64,000 bases of DNA, from contig CM082585.2 in NCBI GenBank assembly GCA_040954595.2, positions 3,936,902-4,000,901 on the forward strand, read 5' to 3'. The position numbers were made by a program, and so were the translations under genes. Numbering within the stretch: the stretch's first letter is position 1; every line of letters begins with the position of its first letter. Below, in pieces: positions 26,243 through 39,497 of the stretch. This stretch comes from Balanoglossus misakiensis. Lineage: Eukaryota > Animalia > Hemichordata. The notes under the pieces are model-generated. The model saw only the letters and a list, made by a program, of their open reading frames with translations. It was not told the DNA's origin and did no database searches.

Positions 26243-27189
26243 TCGGTAAGACATTAGCCAATGTGTGCGAAATAGGCCCTACATGCGTGTACATGAGCAT
26301 ACACGTTGTAGCAAAACCTAACCATTAAATGTGTACACAATATGCTGACAAGAGTTCGATGTGTCAAAGTTAGGAAAATCATTGATGTTGACATCTACAT
26401 GACGTTTTGTCGAATCTTGGTTTATCCTTATCCAGAAAAAAATCATCGAATATGAAGCAATGGAAAAGGATATAGCCCATATACATAAATACATATTCAG
26501 ACACTTTTGAAGTTTGGTAATATCATTTGGTGCATTGTACGGGTTAGAAAATAATCTATTTTCTTTGTGAAGTCAGCGGTCATGCAGCGAGTGGCGTATT
26601 ATGCAAATTTAATCATCACCTTCAAACGATTTTCTCAGCAACAGTGTTAAATTGCGTCTTTGGCACCAATTTCCCTTGTATAAACAGATTTCATGCGAAA
26701 GGCATTTAAAAAGTGTGGAGATATTTTCAAAACCATAATTGTATATGTCAAATGAATATTACCCGTCGACACGACTCTCATGGGTAGCGATCTATATTGG
26801 AATGTGTGTAGATGACACGTATGGTGTTTGAGCGTAAATGTTGTTAGTACAATGTAGTATTGTTAGTAGCGTAACTGTTCAGTTGAAAACGCCGGAACCT
26901 AAAGAAACAATGATATTTTCCAGTCCTTACCAAACACCGAAATTATATTATGAGAGTTATAACAATTTTTGCAAAGACAGTGATGGAGGGATAAACAAAT
27001 CACCTCTGAGGCAAAACATGCATGACAGATGCTTCAAAGTGTGTCTTCGGCAACACCGGAAAACGGCCATAAAAATGGCGTCGTCTGAATTCCGCCGGTT
27101 ATCCAGATATACAAACTGTATTTTTGGATATGTGAGGGGAGAACGGAGTTAAAGCACCTTTGATGCCAATATCAATTTTAGGCTTGTGC

Positions 27190-27406
27190 GAGGGCGCTGT
27201 TCCTGTGCAAAACTACATCTATCATGATTGGCGAATTCGCATGATTATTCAAGAGGCGTGTCCGAACAACATTTAAACTGTACTATTTACTAGCCCCTAT
27301 CATACGTGTTATGTACCCCGTATCGTCAGCCTAAACCTCGCCTCGTGAAAATTACCAAAACAGTAGGATTCAATCATTTCGAGACTTGGTGATAATAAAG
27401 GTAGGT
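27190..27406 (+). promoter_or_regulatory. Putative promoter and non-coding first exon of GIMAP C1 (donor at 27401)
   Basis: gagggcgc..attattcaagaggcgtgtc..tttactagccc..tgtaccc..aaag|GTAGGT, collinear with 31142-31381; the coding exon is preceded by acceptor cgtAG (28284-85). Confidence 0.45.
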
Positions 27407-28298
27407 GATTGGAAAAGGTAAATGTTCAGTGTTATTATCACTAGAACTGATGTAAACCCAGTGTTTCTACCCGTCACCAAATGAGCTGAAATATGTATTT
27501 TTGAACCACTACCATTTCTGTACGAGCTTGAATCACTTGCTCGTTTAGCTGATTTAGATTTTCCCCTGTCAAAAAAGTCCTTTTCTTAAAAGAGAGAGTT
27601 TTAGTTTGATAATTTCCCAGTTAAGTTCATTTAACTCACGTTGTAAACATGTCAGATTATAACCATGTTCTCAGCGTAACGTTTTCAACGGTGCATGTAG
27701 CAAAGTCCCTGAGACTACTCTGACGAAACAAAATACGTGATAAATGTTTATCTGTATTTGCGTGTGTGTCTGTGTCATATATTTCCCATAAGCGAGATTA
27801 TAGATTTGTGGCTTGAATATCAATGATGTTATCAAGAAATATTTTCTTAAATGACTGTTTAAGGAGAGCAAAAGGGCAATAATGGGTTTTGCAGATAATT
27901 TCAACACTAAATATGATGAAACATTACGATTAGTTATATATTTCTGAAATTGCTACATATTGTGAAGCTTGTACAATAATATTATATATGTATAATACCT
28001 CTCACATACCTGTAGATTACACTGTATAAGACTTTAGAGATTTTACGCCAATTTTCTGCTAATTTGCAATTTCACGAAAAATGTTTGCGATCGGCGGTGA
28101 AACTTGCTCTAGCTATTGCTCTTACGGATATCCCAACGACTGCGTTATGTTGAGAAGTGTAAATAGTCAATTTGTATATTTGGAGAAGTTTTGAAATTTG
28201 CACCATTTTATGAAACTTATTAAACTGTTTTCATGTACTTTGGCCAAAATCCTCAAAATCAGTATATGTTAATTCGTATCCGTAGATTCGCTCTGAAA

Positions 28299-29108
28299 AT
28301 GGCTGCATCTGATAACACCGTCGTTATAACACTGCTTGGTAGAACAGGAAGCGGTAAAAGTGCAACTGGTAACACAATCCTTGGTGCAGGCAAGCTCTTC
28401 GATACCAAACGTCAGTTATCTTCTGCCACCAAGAAGACGTCGTGTGAAAGACGAATCGTTGATGGCGTAAATACTCTGGTCATTGATACACCCGGACTAT
28501 TTGATACGGATGAACAATCCACGCACGAATACATTTTGTCGGAGGTCACAAAATGCGTTGGCGTGGCAACAGCTCACAGTAACGGCATAGACGCATTCAT
28601 CTTAACACTCAATGGTGACGAACGCTTCACAGAAGAGAGTGTCATAACTATGAAGTTCCTGCAGAAATTATTCGGAGACTCGATGCTCGGTTACAGTATT
28701 GTCATATTCACCAGAAGAGACCAACTTGAAGAAGATGACACGACGTTAGATGAGTTCTTGAAATCGGCGCCCCCATTCCTACAAACAATCATAGCAAAGT
28801 GCGGCGGGCGTGCCATTGCGTTTGATAATAGTAGACGCGGCGCCCAAGATCGGTCTCAAGTGAATGAGTTAATGGGTATGATTAGACAAATTCGACGTGT
28901 GCATGGAAACACGAAATTCACGCACGTTATAACAGATAGAGTCAAGCAAGTAGTTGATGATGATAAACGACAATCTGGTACAGTCAGTAATGACGAAGAG
29001 TCACGAAAGATTATAAAAGAGAGCCCCGGCATCTTTAGTAGAATATCAGGTGCCATAGCCAGTTTTGTACGTCCCGTCGTTGATTTTTTCAAAAGCCTTC
29101 TCAACTGA
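28299..29108 (+). CDS. AIG1/GIMAP GTPase (269 aa), amphipathic C-terminal tail; paralog C1
   Basis: GRTGSGKSATGNTILG, DTPG, ERFTEE, FTRRD, FDN; ends IFSRISGAIASFVRPVVDFFKSLLN; start aaaATGg after an acceptor. Confidence 0.95.
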   Translation: MAASDNTVVITLLGRTGSGKSATGNTILGAGKLFDTKRQLSSATKKTSCERRIVDGVNTLVIDTPGLFDTDEQSTHEYILSEVTKCVGVATAHSNGIDAFILTLNGDERFTEESVITMKFLQKLFGDSMLGYSIVIFTRRDQLEEDDTTLDEFLKSAPPFLQTIIAKCGGRAIAFDNSRRGAQDRSQVNELMGMIRQIRRVHGNTKFTHVITDRVKQVVDDDKRQSGTVSNDEESRKIIKESPGIFSRISGAIASFVRPVVDFFKSLLN

Positions 29109-31141
29109 ACCTATTCAAATCATCAATCCCCAAATTGACATGACTAACACGTTTACGATCTCCACCATAAGGAAATATATTGCCAACATTCAGAATAAAA
29201 TTCAGTCCCTTACTGATATCAAGTAGTTGCAAGCAATCTTTAGTACTAACCCCTTTTTGCCTGAAATTTAATTCTTGAATAAGTCCGAAAGATATCTATT
29301 ATCACAAAATACATTATGTAATGTTTATATATTAGTTCAATCAAATTTCCAATATTTTCAATATTGTACGTCGACATTCTAATTAAAGTACCTCTAACGG
29401 CTATGTCAAATTTTGACCGGAAATACCGAGGCAACAATTCTAATGTTAGATATAGTATTATGAATTGTATCATCGCTTTATCAATACTAGCAACTAGTGA
29501 CCTTATCATTCCAGATATTTCAAGTAATACTGTATCGTATTATTATGAAGTCGGGCCCAAGAACTAGCATTATGTGTACTGTAAAGTTTTAAAATATGTT
29601 TTAATGACAATGAGAAAAGTAAGAGGTGAAAGAATGAAAAATGCTTAACCTTTCCTCAAGAAGCAGTTGAAATGTACAGGTTCTCCAATTTCTAGAATGC
29701 TAAAGTAATGGTGGTTCTGTTTAATCAATCATCATCGAACTTAACTTTATAAGGCTTTATTCAGAACTTAACGGGAGACGGGATAATCTCGGGCCACTGG
29801 GTTCGTTCCTGTACTCATGAACTGACTGGGGGCACCTGATGTATAATCATTGATACTTTGAAATAAATGAATGTCCCACTCCACAATATGAGAGTTACTG
29901 AATACTTTTTTATTTGACGGTCAAACACCATGGTGGACACATCGCTCAACAACGTTAAAGTCTACCAAAACATGCATGTCTAAAGAACGCTGATGACGAT
30001 AGATTGATCAAATTGTCGATACATTCGGACATTTTTACCGGCCACAACACAAAACCTCCCTAACTATTGGATTTATGATGCGACAACAGCAAGTTTACCG
30101 TGTGAAATATATGTAGTTGGATCAAGTTTACAGTAAACACATTCGTTCGAAGGGATTCTACTAAACCACAAACCAAAAGAAAACAATTAAACAGACATTA
30201 ATGTACTGACAAACAAGAGATGTCGCGCGCACATACATTTCTATACGGACACATGGTTTTCTTCCTGTCTGAAACAAAAAAATGCCGCATCGCGACATAG
30301 TCCAGGAACTGGGCCGAAGCGTCAATGCATTTCTCTACATTCAACATTTTCTGAAGTGTGCCCACTGCAATATTTAAAACATTCTTGTTTCGTCTAAGCT
30401 AAAAAAAACACTACAGAGTCGGAATGCAATCTTTTCGACCGTATATCATTTTGTTTTTGTAGGTAAACGAACCTTGTTTGTACTGTAGTATTATCGCGGG
30501 ATGACGAAGATAGTACTTTTCACCATTTTCCAGTTCTTGTTGTGTCGCCACTAAAATTCAACTTTGGTGCTTTCGGTGTCAATAAATTTCGAGTAGCGCA
30601 TTAGGCAAATACATGTCCCGCTACCTTCGACTTTTGTTTGTGTACGATAAACATAGCGTTCTGACTTTTGATAATTTGTACGCGCAAGTCTGCCATGAAG
30701 CACAATCATTAACGAAAAAATGACCCTTATATTTAGTAAACGCTTGGGGTCGTTCGGGGTCATCTACCAGTTTTGATAAGTTCAGATACTCATTTGTATA
30801 TTATGACTGTTTTTGTTTTTAAGACCCCGAGTTTGTGGAGTAACCGGCCGGTGAAAATTACACGCAAGTTGACGTTCGGTTCGTCCGTGAAACATACTTG
30901 AATTTCAAGGGAGAATTGTCATTTATGTTGTACGACAATTACATATGCATTCTGTGCTGGCGAACACAAAACACAATTTGGTGGAAAATGAAAAGAATAT
31001 TAACACTGGAATATAGACATGTTTCAGCGTCTATTTATTTTTATGCCCAGAAGTACTCTTCTGAAATGCATTTTGGGACAGGTTCCAACGCCGCCTGCAG
31101 TTTAACGTAGAAAGAATTAGAACGGACGTGAATGGCTACGA

Positions 31142-31381
31142 GAGGGCGCAGTGTAGTTTGACCTCGCTACAGCCAACAAAGACTTATAGGCGGAGCATAT
31201 AATTATTCATGAGGGCTGTCTTTGGCTCAACATGAAGAATATATCAAAGCTGTTATTTTACCAGGCCCTGCCACTCTTACTGTGTACACCCACTAGCAGT
31301 AACCAAACGTATGTCTGTAGTTTACTGAATACATACTGTGAAAGAAGTTAACAATATTACTTGATTATTTGAAAGGTAAGT
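31142..31381 (+). promoter_or_regulatory. Putative promoter and non-coding first exon of GIMAP C2 (donor at 31376)
   Basis: gagggcgc..attattcatgagggctgtc..ttttaccaggccc..tgtacaccc..gaaag|GTAAGT, homologous to 27190-27406. Confidence 0.45.
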
Positions 31382-31963
31382 CCGATTTACAGTACACTTG
31401 ACTTCAAGGCAACTTGATTACAAAAACATGTAACAAAAAAGTGCCCAGTGTTCCGAATAACCAACACGAAGGTTTTTCGTCACAAATAAACACAAATTCT
31501 TACATGGTCAATTTTAGACGATTTATTTAGAAAACTGTTAATTGTTTAAGGTACGTTTGCGCCTATAGAATCCTTTATGACACGATTGGAACATCTTTGG
31601 AAAAACGAGCAGTACTTTTCTTGTTTTAACATAGCAAAATGGCAAACACAGCGGTTGTGCAGTAGATGTATTTTGTTTAAATTGCATATTTACATGTACT
31701 TTTAAGTTACATTCCTCTACACATACACTTACTACATAATTGAAAATAGCTGCAACAACCGCCAAACTAGCAACACCGTATTGCTTTGATTCCAGCGACA
31801 CGTTATCTCTGAAAGTGTAACGATGTCACAATTTAGTAGACAAAGAGGCGCCCCCCCCCCCATCCCAATTGCGCAGTTGAAGCAGTGCGTGTTGAGAGAG
31901 AGACGTGAACTGAAAGGGGTACGAAACTCGACTTGAACAAGGACGATGTTTAGCGTGTCCCAC

Positions 31964-32805
31964 GCTGCTCTACGAAGCTCGTAGTTACCTTCTGACCGAG
32001 ACATTTGCGCTTGAACGGAGTGGGTTCCCCCCGATGGGTTCTTGCCGATTGCCGCACCCCGGCGGGTATGAAAGTGTAAGACGTCGATCCACCGGCCGGC
32101 TGCACCGCTGCCAACATGACCAGCTCCACGCCACTTTGAGCTGAACTGCAGTCGGATATCCCACCCGGCTGCCGGACAGCATATGAAAGTGTCTGAGGCC
32201 TTTTCTAGTCAAAGTGTACACGTTTAAAACTTTTGCGTTTTCGGAATGGAAATAGCGGAACAAGAACATGGATATATACTAATCATGAACGCCAAACAAA
32301 CACGTTGAAAAAGCCAGATCTGAAAAAAAATTCTTGTGGCGTCCGCCGTTGGGCGTGATGACGCGTCAACGTTTTTTTTCAAACAACGTAACCTTGTCAC
32401 GCTCAGTTGATATATTTTGCTGCCACAAACAACAAGTCCATGCATAGGTCGCGAAAGTTCTCAAGCGGCTGGGTGATCGCTGCAAGGTTAGCGGCGGCCT
32501 CGCACACCCGAATTTGCCACAAAACTATCAGTCCACACAGCAATGCGGTTCAAACTCTTCCCTTGTATTTATTTCAACAACATAAATTCAGAATACAACA
32601 CGGCAGTTTGGTACGTCTATCCTACACTGCTAATTCTCATCTCAATCTCTAAAAAAAGTTCAACAGACGGGATACACTGCAACCCGCGGAACTAGCAATT
32701 CACGTCTCTGCTTCAGAGGAATCTACCGACCTGAAGTAGGGGAACCCAGTCCGTTCAAGCGTAAATGTCTCGGTCAGAAGGTAACTACGAGCTTCGTTGA
32801 GCAGC
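31964..32805. mobile_element. GC-rich element with ~65-bp terminal inverted repeats, superfamily unassigned
   Basis: gctgctctacgaagctcgtagttaccttctgaccgagacatt..gggttcccc / ggggaaccc..aatgtctcggtcagaaggtaactacgagcttcgttgagcagc; no clear TSD. Confidence 0.7.
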
Positions 32806-34544
32806 ATTCGAATGTAAAACCAGAATGTACAAAACTCATTGCCTATGAAAGGGGCTTGTTCAGTACGTACTTTCCCTTGTGTAATGCGTCTGTTTGTGTA
32901 GCATTATTGAGGGATTAAGTAAAAGCTCAGTGGGTCGCGAGAATGTGGTGCCGTGTGAATTATCTGAATTTGAAACGGTTAGCAATGTCCCCCACAATAT
33001 GACTAAATCATCGAAAGGTGATGCTTTTCGTAAAATTATTTTATTTTACTGAGAGTTCGACGTATACGAATATAGAACAACTGTTTCAAAATCACTTGTA
33101 ATTGTTGAGTGTACATTTTCTCGTCCACGACTCTGTCGTGCAGTTGGTTAAAGTGCATAGGAAACAATGTACGGCAAGAACAGTCCTCGATTGACTGGTG
33201 TCAACAAAGAAATATCTTTCCACATCCCCCCGCCTCGTTCGTCTCCACAGATGTTTCTGAACGGTTTACGAAGTGTTTCAAAATATTACTTTTGCATAAA
33301 AGAGTTATATGGCGTAATATATACTATTCCAAATTTCCAAATATAAACGGGTTGCGATAAAAATATTCGTGTAACCGTGTGATGGCGCCATTTTGCACAT
33401 CTGTTAAAAAGCTGGTCAAACTGGGAACAATTTTTTTTCTTTAACAGCTTCATTGGCTAACATCCAATTATTGATATATTTCCGAAACTGTAACGCCGAT
33501 TTGCACGAAACTTGATCCCACAATCCACTAATAACGTAATGGTATTTGCAATTAGCAGTTAATTAGTATGGCAGATTGGTATCTGAAGTGCGTTTAATAA
33601 ACTGTTATAAAGTAATAATCTGTATATGCCGGTACTGTTTTCTGCTCTTTGTAGACAATCCATTATCCAAAAAAGATTCACCTTTTATAATTTCATTAAT
33701 ATCATAAATGGGTCTGGCCATTCATATAAACTGTTCGCATAAATGACTTAATTTATGATTAATAAAGAGATCTTTGGGTTTTCACTCTATTTGACCGAAT
33801 GTCCAAAGCCAATTGGACTTAGTGATAATCCTGAATGGGCTGTTTGCTATACGAGCCATATGCCGTATGCCGTAGAAATTGTTCAACTACGTTAAAGTAA
33901 CTTTTTCTGAAATTTAGCAGGATGATGACAGGTGCAAATAACTCCTGCATTGCATTGGGATTTATTTTATTGAAACGTTGCAAGTGTCATTTTGGGGTGT
34001 GATTCATTTTCTCCAAACTTTAATTTCACGACACAAATGTGCACGTTTAATTTCAAATCCAAATCCACTAAGCCAAATGTCATACAAATCGGTATGCCTC
34101 TTCTCCATGGAAAGATCTAGATCTGATAACATAACGGTGAGCGTGGCTGTCATAATTAAAAGTTATTCCCATACAAAAAACCCCACTTATTTTGCCGCAT
34201 GTTGTGCATCGCGTTGATCTGAGCTCTACGTCCCAGGTGAAAATATAAATTGAGGTGCGGACAAAAACAAGTTTAATAGGATTCATCCACATGTGGCAAC
34301 CAAGCGTGTTCTTTGTTGGGTTAATTAATTAAGACCCTGATAATTTTTGTCATCCGCACAATTAAAATTGGTACCATATCGTTTGTGATTGGTCAATTAC
34401 GCTCTGCACTCTTGGAACAGGTGTAACCATTCTCTCTAAACTAGACTATTAAACCCTATATAACTACTTCAAGGCTCTGTTATAACGTTAACAATGATCC
34501 CCCACCTTTGTTATTATCGCTAGGGTCCTGATTCGCAGTTGAAA

Positions 34545-35360
34545 ATGGCTACTTCTCTTGACACCGTCGTTATAACACTGCTTGGTAGAACAGGAAGCGG
34601 TAAAAGTGCAACTGGTAACACAATCCTTGGTGCAGGCAAGCTCTTCGATACCAAACGTCAGTTATCTTCTGCCACCAAGAAGACGTCGTGTAAAAGACGA
34701 ATCGTTGATGGCGTAAATACTCTGGTCATTGATACACCCGGGCTATTTGATACGGATGAACAATCCACTAATGATTATGTTCTTACAGAGGTCACAAAAT
34801 GCGTTGGTGTGGCAACAGCTCACAGTATCGGCATAGACGCATTCATCTTAACACTTAATGCTGACGAACGCTTCACAGAAGAAAGTGTGAGAAGTCTGAA
34901 GTTCTTGCAACAACTATTTGGAGATAAGATGCTTAGTTACAGCATTGTATTATTTACTAGAAGAGACCAACTTGAAGAAGAAGAAGAAGACATAACATTA
35001 GATGCCTTCTTGAAAACAGCTCCCCCATTCCTGGAAACAATTATAGCTCAGTGCGGCGGGCGTGCCATTGCGTTTGATAATAGTAGACGCGGGGTTAGAG
35101 ATCGTTCTCAAGTAAAAGAGTTAATGGATATGATTAGACAAATTCGACGTGTGAATGGAAACAGCAAATTTAGTGATGAAATCACACACAAAGTGAAACA
35201 AGTGGTTGAGGCAGATAAACGACAATCTGGCAAATATGATAATGATGCCATGGCAGACAAAATTATCAACGAAAGTTCTGGCATTTTAGGCAAAATAATG
35301 TCTGTCATAAGGGATTTTGTCCTGCCAATCGTCGGAATTTTCTTATCTATATTTTTATAA
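34545..35360 (+). CDS. AIG1/GIMAP GTPase (271 aa), hydrophobic C-terminal tail; paralog C2
   Basis: Intact G1-G5 motifs; ends ILGKIMSVIRDFVLPIVGIFLSIFL*. Confidence 0.95.
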   Translation: MATSLDTVVITLLGRTGSGKSATGNTILGAGKLFDTKRQLSSATKKTSCKRRIVDGVNTLVIDTPGLFDTDEQSTNDYVLTEVTKCVGVATAHSIGIDAFILTLNADERFTEESVRSLKFLQQLFGDKMLSYSIVLFTRRDQLEEEEEDITLDAFLKTAPPFLETIIAQCGGRAIAFDNSRRGVRDRSQVKELMDMIRQIRRVNGNSKFSDEITHKVKQVVEADKRQSGKYDNDAMADKIINESSGILGKIMSVIRDFVLPIVGIFLSIFL

Positions 35361-36549
35361 TATTTCAGACCATAAAACCTTTGTCATGAGTTGACACTAT
35401 CATAAATTTCGATACATAAAATTATCCTAATTATCAGTAGCCACCTATAACAAAATTCATATGCTAGGCAAATGAAAATAATTAACCAGAAACTCGGGGT
35501 GTTTCTTGATACAGTCCAATCATTATATCACAACAGTATACCGAGCAAGTTTTATCACTAATTACACAGAACATTCAGATATCTGTGAGGTCAATACATG
35601 TACAAGAGTCGTTGAATGTAGTGTTGCTTAAGACATTTATCCCTGACTACAAGGGGCTCATTATCTACGCCAGTTAAGTAAAGTGTCTTTAGTAAACATA
35701 CAGTCTACCAAACATAAAAGCAGTATATAGCAACTGCCGTCACATTTGGTGCAGATATTTTTTTATACATGTATTTATGTCAGCTCAGTTAAGATGCAAA
35801 TTATCGATAGTAAATACAATTGACTGTGTTATCCAATTTGGTGCTGTAGTTATCGAAATAAACTAATTTCGAAGGGTCATTATGTAAATAAAACGGCATA
35901 ATGATTATAAATTGCAAACCGTCACTTAAATACAGTCCTAGATATGTTTGTTTTGACTTACAGTGCTGATGGCACAGGCCATTAATTATGAAAATTAACA
36001 GTTAAGTAACATGGCACAATACCAAATATCTAATGGCGCATTCAGATGATAGCAAGATTAAACATGTTACATGTTTTCCAATTTGGTGATGTCATTATAC
36101 ATGTATATGCTCATCATCACTCCTCCAAGGTGATATTTTTTAGTTAAGTCAAGATTGTTATTTGAACCGTCCATTGCATTTATAATAAGTGTTAACAATA
36201 TTATAACAGAAAATTGCTTGTTAAAAGAGGTGTGTTATTAAAGGGGAATGACGTCTACTAGTACATTAACTTTTACATGTATTTCCATGTATTTTGTATG
36301 GAATGTAATATATTTCAAAACACATTTCCCAAAATTAAAGTGTTTTTGTCCAATACCCTAATTAATAGGCAAAAGACTGTACCTTGAAATATATAGTAAA
36401 GATTTTTAATAAATACTAAACCAATCTCTTGTTAGACTTTCTGTAATCTGTTGAATGGTTCGGATTTCTATTCGCACGCTGCAGAGCTGTAAAAATTTGA
36501 TTGTGCACCACATCCCTATAATCACCAATCACAAATGTATAATATGTAA

Positions 36550-39497
36550 GTCCTCCACATTTAGTATGACGACATCATCGAAAAGTGATGCTTTTCACTT
36601 TTCGTAAAATTATTTTATTGTACTGAGAATTCAACGTATACGAATATAGAACAACTGTTTCCAAATCACTTGTAATTGTTGAGAGTACACTTCCTCGTCA
36701 CGCGTCCACGACTCAGTCGTGCAGTTGGTTAAAGTGCGTTGGAATCAATGTACGGCAAGAACAGTCCTCGATTGACTGGTGTCAACAAAGAAATATCTTT
36801 CCACATCCCCCCACCTCGTTCGTCTCCACAGATGTTTGTGAACGGTTGACGAAGTGTTTAATCATATAACTTTTGCATAGAAGAGTTATATGGCGTAATA
36901 TATACTATTCCAAATTTCCAAATTTAAACGGGTTGCGATAAAAATGTTCGTGTAATCGTGTGATGGCGCCATTTTGCACATTTGTTAAAAAGCTGGTCAA
37001 ACCACAGGGTACCCAGGCTCGGTTACTGACGTAAACAAACCAATCAACGAACGAACAAACAAACAAACAAACAAACAAACAAACAAACAAAAATATAAAT
37101 GAACACAACCAACGCACATATGAACCTACAATGAAAATAAAACTATCCATGCATAAGATCTAGGGCCTGTATATCTTGCTACCATATATTTCTATGACTG
37201 CCTAGCCGATACTCAAACCTCTTTCTCGCAAGCCAGACCATACCCCAAATCAAAACCTCATGCCAAAAATAACACTGGAAATGTATTATACATAAACCTG
37301 GCCTCTTGAATCAGTCCATGTCTTCACCTTCCATCGTACGTAGATATGCCAATTCCATAATTCAAAAAACAATACTGTATCTTCACTTGGGCCAGTATTC
37401 ATCAGAACTAATAAGTTGGTTCATCCGGGTTTTGAATTTACCGCCCAACCCTAATCAGCCAATCACATGCGCTGTAGCTCCTGCATAGGCAAGCCATGAT
37501 GTCATCGCCACTGGTCGGTCACCGTTATTTGAATCTAACGTCATTAGTCTCGTACGCTGACTAACAGGCCGTAGAACCCGGATGAGGTTTGAGTATAGGC
37601 TAGGCAGTCATAGGAATATATGGTAGCAAGATATACAGGCCCTAGATCTTATGCATGGATAGTTTTATTTTCATTGTAGGTTCATATGTGCGTTGGTTGT
37701 GTTTATTTATATTTTTGTTTGTTTGTCTGTCTGTTTGTCTGTCTGTCTGTTTGTTTGTTTGTTTGTTTGTTTATTGGTTTGTTTACGTCAGTAACCGAGC
37801 CTGGGTACCCTGTGGTCAAACTGGGAACAATTCAATTATTGATATACACGTATTTCCGAAACTGTAACGCCGATTTGCACGACACTTGATCTCACAATCC
37901 TATAATAACTTCATTAAATTTGCATACTTTTCATGGGTTATGACAAATTTTCGACTTTGCTCCTGATTATTTATCAACTGACGCAAAGTACAAACAATAG
38001 CTATACAAATACGCAGTCTGTCGCCCAGTGACACCAATTGGAAAATGGTATCACTCACAGCAAGTTGGGCGGAAGTTGGTCCTGGCGCTTTTTCCCCATG
38101 ATTCAAATTGCAGTAAATTCTGTTAACTTTCCCTTGTTTTTGTAAAAAAAATCGCGGGACATATACACTGCGAAAATGTTTTTTATTCTGAAAGAGTGAC
38201 CCCAAAGCTACCAAATTATGTAGAAATCAGCTGGACCTGATTTCCCCTTACAATGCTAATGAAGTACGTTTATTAAACTGTTATACAGTAATAATCTGTA
38301 TATGCCGGTACTGTCTTCTGCTCTTTGTAGACAATCCATTATCACAAAAAGATTCCTCTTTTATAATTTCATTAATGTCATAAACGGTCTGGCCATTCAT
38401 ATAAACTGTTCGCATAAATGACATAATTTAGGATTAATAAAGAGATCTTTGGGTTTTCATTCTATTTGACCGAATGTCCAAAGCCAATTGGACTTAGTGA
38501 TAATCCTGAATGGGCATTTTGCTATACGAGCCAAATGCCGTATGCTGTTTGCCTCATATAGAAATTGTACAACAACGTCAAAGTAACTTTTTCTGAAATT
38601 TATCAGGATGATGACAGGTGCAAAATAATCCCGCATGGCATTGGGTTTTATTTTATTGAAACGTTGCAAGTGTCATTTTGGGGAGTTTTACTAGAATTAA
38701 GAATTCCCATTCGCATTTGCACATACAAAATGTATGTTAACTTGAAAACGACTTAACCAAATCTGATGCAATTTGATGTCACATATAAAGGGAATGATCT
38801 AGATTTGTTTAAATAATGCTTTGTGTGTTTTGTATAATATTAAAGGAGTAATTTGCAGAATTATGCATATGACAATATGTCTCAAGTACGCTTCAGGAAG
38901 GTAACTTGGACGAATATCTTTATTTTCGCTATTTTGATTGACTCATTATGCGTGCTTTTATGAGTGTCATTTGGGGAAGTTTAGCTAAAATAATAGGCAT
39001 TTTCATTCACACATTGCAAAGTGTACACTTTTAATTTCAAATCGGGTTAACAAAATGCCGATGTTATTAAAAAAACACTGAACCAATTTCAGAAAAACTC
39101 AATAAAGTCAGATCACAACTCCACGGAACTAGACCTGATAAGATTTAGTGTCTGTTTTGTTCACACAATTGCAATATTGCATACTTTTTTGCATACTTTG
39201 ACTGTCTAACATTGCACTTCTGGGTAAAACAGCTGTTTAGGTTGATATGTTCGTTAAAGAGATTATAATTTGTTTCCAAATTGTGAGGTGATCTCTGCGC
39301 TATCTTTCCTTATCACAACATTGATACAAAATTGCAGGTAAGCTTTTGCTCACATCTCTGACGTACCGGTATCTCTAAACTAAAACCTATACGAGAAAAA
39401 CTGTACTTCACTGCATGACTTGAATGCCCTGCGATAAATATAACTATAATCTTCCTTTTTTGTTATTATCGTTAGGTTTCCAGATTCGCAGTTGAAA
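36550..39497. repeat. Duplicate of the C2 upstream/intron region (32987-34544), interrupted by insertions
   Basis: 36550-37002~32987-33421; 37815-37900~33415-33526; 38260-38685~33585-33997; weaker similarity continues to the ATG. Confidence 0.85.
37003..37814. mobile_element. Foldback non-autonomous element, P/Galileo-like (7-bp TSD, ~220-bp TIRs)
   Basis: Termini CACAGGGTACCCAGG..CCTGGGTACCCTGTG; TSD GTCAAAC (36996-37002, 37815-37821); empty site at 33415-33421. Confidence 0.8.

Noticed and set aside
37003-37020. CACAG terminus as an RSS/ProtoRAG or Transib end
   Set aside because: The heptamer is CACAGGG and the TSD is 7 bp rather than 5 bp; no RAG-like ORF.
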